From assembly GCF_006345805.1 (NCBI RefSeq), contig NC_043002.1, positions 72,788,001 to 72,852,000 on the forward strand: DNA of 64,000 nt, given 5' to 3'. The position numbers were made by a program, and so were the translations under genes. Within the stretch, counting starts at the first letter, position 1. Each line of letters opens with the position of its first letter. The notes beneath the pieces are model-generated. The model was not told where the DNA came from. It was given only the letters and a program-made list of their open reading frames with translations, and searched no databases. This DNA is from Octopus sinensis (Eukaryota). Of this stretch, positions 61,770-64,000 are shown one piece after another.

Positions 61770-62445
61770 TTTTAGTCAAATGAATCAATCTTGGTACTTA
61801 TTCTATTGGTTTCTTTTGCTGAACTCCTAAGTTACAGGGGTCTAAACACACCAACACCTATTGTCAAGCATTGGTGGGAGACAAATACAGACAGACACAC
61901 ACACACACACACACACATGACCAGCCTTTTTCAGTTTCCATCTACCAAATCCACTCACAAGACTCTGGTTGGCCTAAGGCTATAGCAGGAGACACTTGCC
62001 CAAGTTGCCACACAGTGGGATTGAACCTGGAATCATGTGGTTGCGAAGCAAATTTCTTGCCACACAGCCACACCTGCTCCTGTGAATACACAACCATACT
62101 CTAGATAATTTATCAGGTCATTATTTAGCTTTGTTTTTGACTCCACTCCCATTTCTAACAAACCCATTCATTAGTTCTGAATGAGGTAGTTAGATGCAGC
62201 TGTTTAGACCCTGATGGTTTGGTATGGCTGAGTGGACATTTGGCTTGTTTTGGCAAGAGAGGCAAGCACATATGCATGTGCACATGCAGAGATATACACA
62301 TGGTAGGAGTGGCTGTATGGTAAGTAGCTTGTTTACCAACCACATGGTTCCGGGTTCAGTCCCACTGCATGGCACCTTGGGCAAGTGTCTTCTACTATAG
62401 CCTCGGGCTGACCAAAGCCTTGTGAGTGGATTTGGTAGACGGAGG
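61770..62445. mobile_element. SINE family A copies, 61770-62082(-) and 62304-62445(+, head only)
   Basis: Head and body motifs in divergent orientation. Confidence 0.75.
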
Positions 62446-62863
62446 TTAAAACATCTGTCAGATAAGTTAGTATCAAATCAGTCCTACCAAATAGGTGGCA
62501 CCAAAATAGCTGTGCTGAAACATTTCATATTCTCATTAGTTTGTTTAGTCCACATTACCCCACATGGAGCACAAAGCCGGTTTACCAATTTCTCTGGCAT
62601 ATATATTCGCCTCTGGATGAGATGCTGGTCTGTTGCAAGATCACTCATTTGTATCAGTTGAGTGGACTGTTTTGTTTACGAACACAACGCATCATCTAGT
62701 CCAGGAATTGAAACCACAATCTTACAATCATGAGTCCAACACCCTAACCACTAAGTCAAGCACCTCTACACCCTCATTGGTTTATTCATTATTATATCTT
62801 TCCTATTGTCAAGATTATGGTTGGTTTATTTAAATTGATTTTTTTTCTTCTTTTTTCTTTTAG

Positions 62864-63162
62864 CATTTGCATGATGAGGCATCAAAAAGGGTTTCGGAAC
62901 AATATCAACACATACTTAATGATATTATTGCAGTACTCAGTCAACAGAAGGAAGCTCACCTCAATAACCTCAATGAAATAAAATCAAAAGCTATAGCATC
63001 ACTTGAATTACATTTAAATAATAGCATAAAGAGGACTAAATCAATAGATGAAATGGTTGAGGGTTGTAAAAGAATAGCAAAGGAAGAAAGTCAAAGAGAA
63101 TTATTAGAACAAGCATCTGACATTTTCACAATTCGTGCTCAAGAAATGGAACTGACAAATGA
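62864..63162 (+). CDS. TRIM exon: coiled coil (HLHDEASKRVSEQYQHILNDII..ELTN); gene continues beyond window
   Basis: Long pyrimidine tract plus tag acceptor, GA|gtaagt donor; ORF 62867-63166. Confidence 0.88.
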
Positions 63163-63208
63163 GTAAGTCTGCTGTAAATTTATTGATTTTTTTTTTTTTT
63201 AGTAACTA

Positions 63209-63424
63209 TTAGATTGGTGCATAATTATTGCAGCTTTTTTTCAACAAATTTTATTCATCAAAAACATCTTTAAATGATTATTCCAGAGCATATTCACCAT
63301 CTACTTCAATTACTGCTTCCCATTTGCTTGTCAGACGGTCAGACCATCATTTAAAGATTTTTTTGTTAAATATTGTTATTGTTTTTGTTGAAAAAAATAC
63401 CACAGTAATTATGCACCAATCCAA
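63209..63424 (-). mobile_element. Mariner MITE (216 bp)
   Basis: TA TSDs, TIRs TT(A/G)GATTGGTGCATAATTA; minus-strand remnant DRLTSKWEAVIEVDGEYALE*. Confidence 0.8.
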
Positions 63425-63449
63425 TATTTTAGTTAATATATAGTTTAAA

Positions 63450-64000
63450 ACCTGGTCACAAAAAACAGCCTACTAGGTGTATTCATTTTCTACATGTTTT
63501 TTTACACCTAGTAGACTGTTTTTTTTTTTCTTTTTTTTTTCTTTTTTTTTTTTTGTGTGTGTGTGACTGGGTGCTGAACTAGATCCTGAAAGTAAGGAGG
63601 GAAAAAAAGACGGATCGTGTGAACTTTCTGACAGTCCACTCCCCACCCTTTCAGAAAATATTTTCCCTACAAATTTCTTTATGATTGTAATTTATGCTTC
63701 TTGAAAGTTGTTTCTGCGAAATTTCATTAATATATATCCATTTATGAGGGAAAAATCGGATCTTATGAATTTTCCAACAGTCCTCTTCCCACCTCTTCGG
63801 AAAACATTCTCATTGGAATTTTCTTTATAATCATAATCTGTGCCATTTGAATGGTATTCCTATAACATTTCATCAATATATCCATTTTCCTGAAAGTTAC
63901 AAGGGAAAAATCAGATCTTGTAAATTTTCAGAAAATCCTCTCCTCTGTTCATTTGCGCAAATTTTTATTTTCATATTCATTTTGTACCTAGTAGGTTGTT
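63450..64000. repeat. Foldback-like element: inverted arms 63450-63481 / 63503-63572, internal about 130-bp subrepeats, third arm at window end
   Basis: ACAGCCTACTAGGTGTA vs TACACCTAGTAGACTGT; ACCTAGTAGGTTGTT at 63986-64000. Confidence 0.55.

Overview
AT-rich, repeat-dense eukaryotic genomic DNA. The SINE families, microsatellites and gene structure point to a coleoid cephalopod, most likely Octopus (inference). Two + strand protein-coding genes can be reconstructed by hand from splice signals and reading frames. (1) The 3' part of eIF4B: 7 exons at <1-6654, with a 3' UTR to about 8.4 kb. (2) The 5' part of a class C-I-like TRIM/RBCC E3 ligase (RING, B-box1, B-box2, coiled coil; MID1/MID2/TRIM9/36-like). 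It has four firm coding exons from 48324 to 63162 and two candidate upstream exons (38524-38593, 43997-44044) that would add a 46-aa N-terminal extension; the gene runs off the right edge. The region from about 9.1 to 26.4 kb is a visibly CpG-retaining intergenic block full of mobile elements, probably ending at the TRIM promoter. Mobile DNA includes at least four SINE families, Tc1/mariner copies and MITEs, piggyBac-like and hAT MITEs, a TTAA-flanked foldback element with a telomeric core, a head-to-tail Helitron dimer, a probable solo LTR, LINE remnants (including a CRE-like endonuclease tail) and two Penelope-type hammerhead ribozyme motifs, one fused to a tRNA-like Pol III head. Most ORFs in the supplied track are SINE or microsatellite artefacts. 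Repeat boundaries are approximate, nothing was checked against databases, and family names come from remembered motifs.
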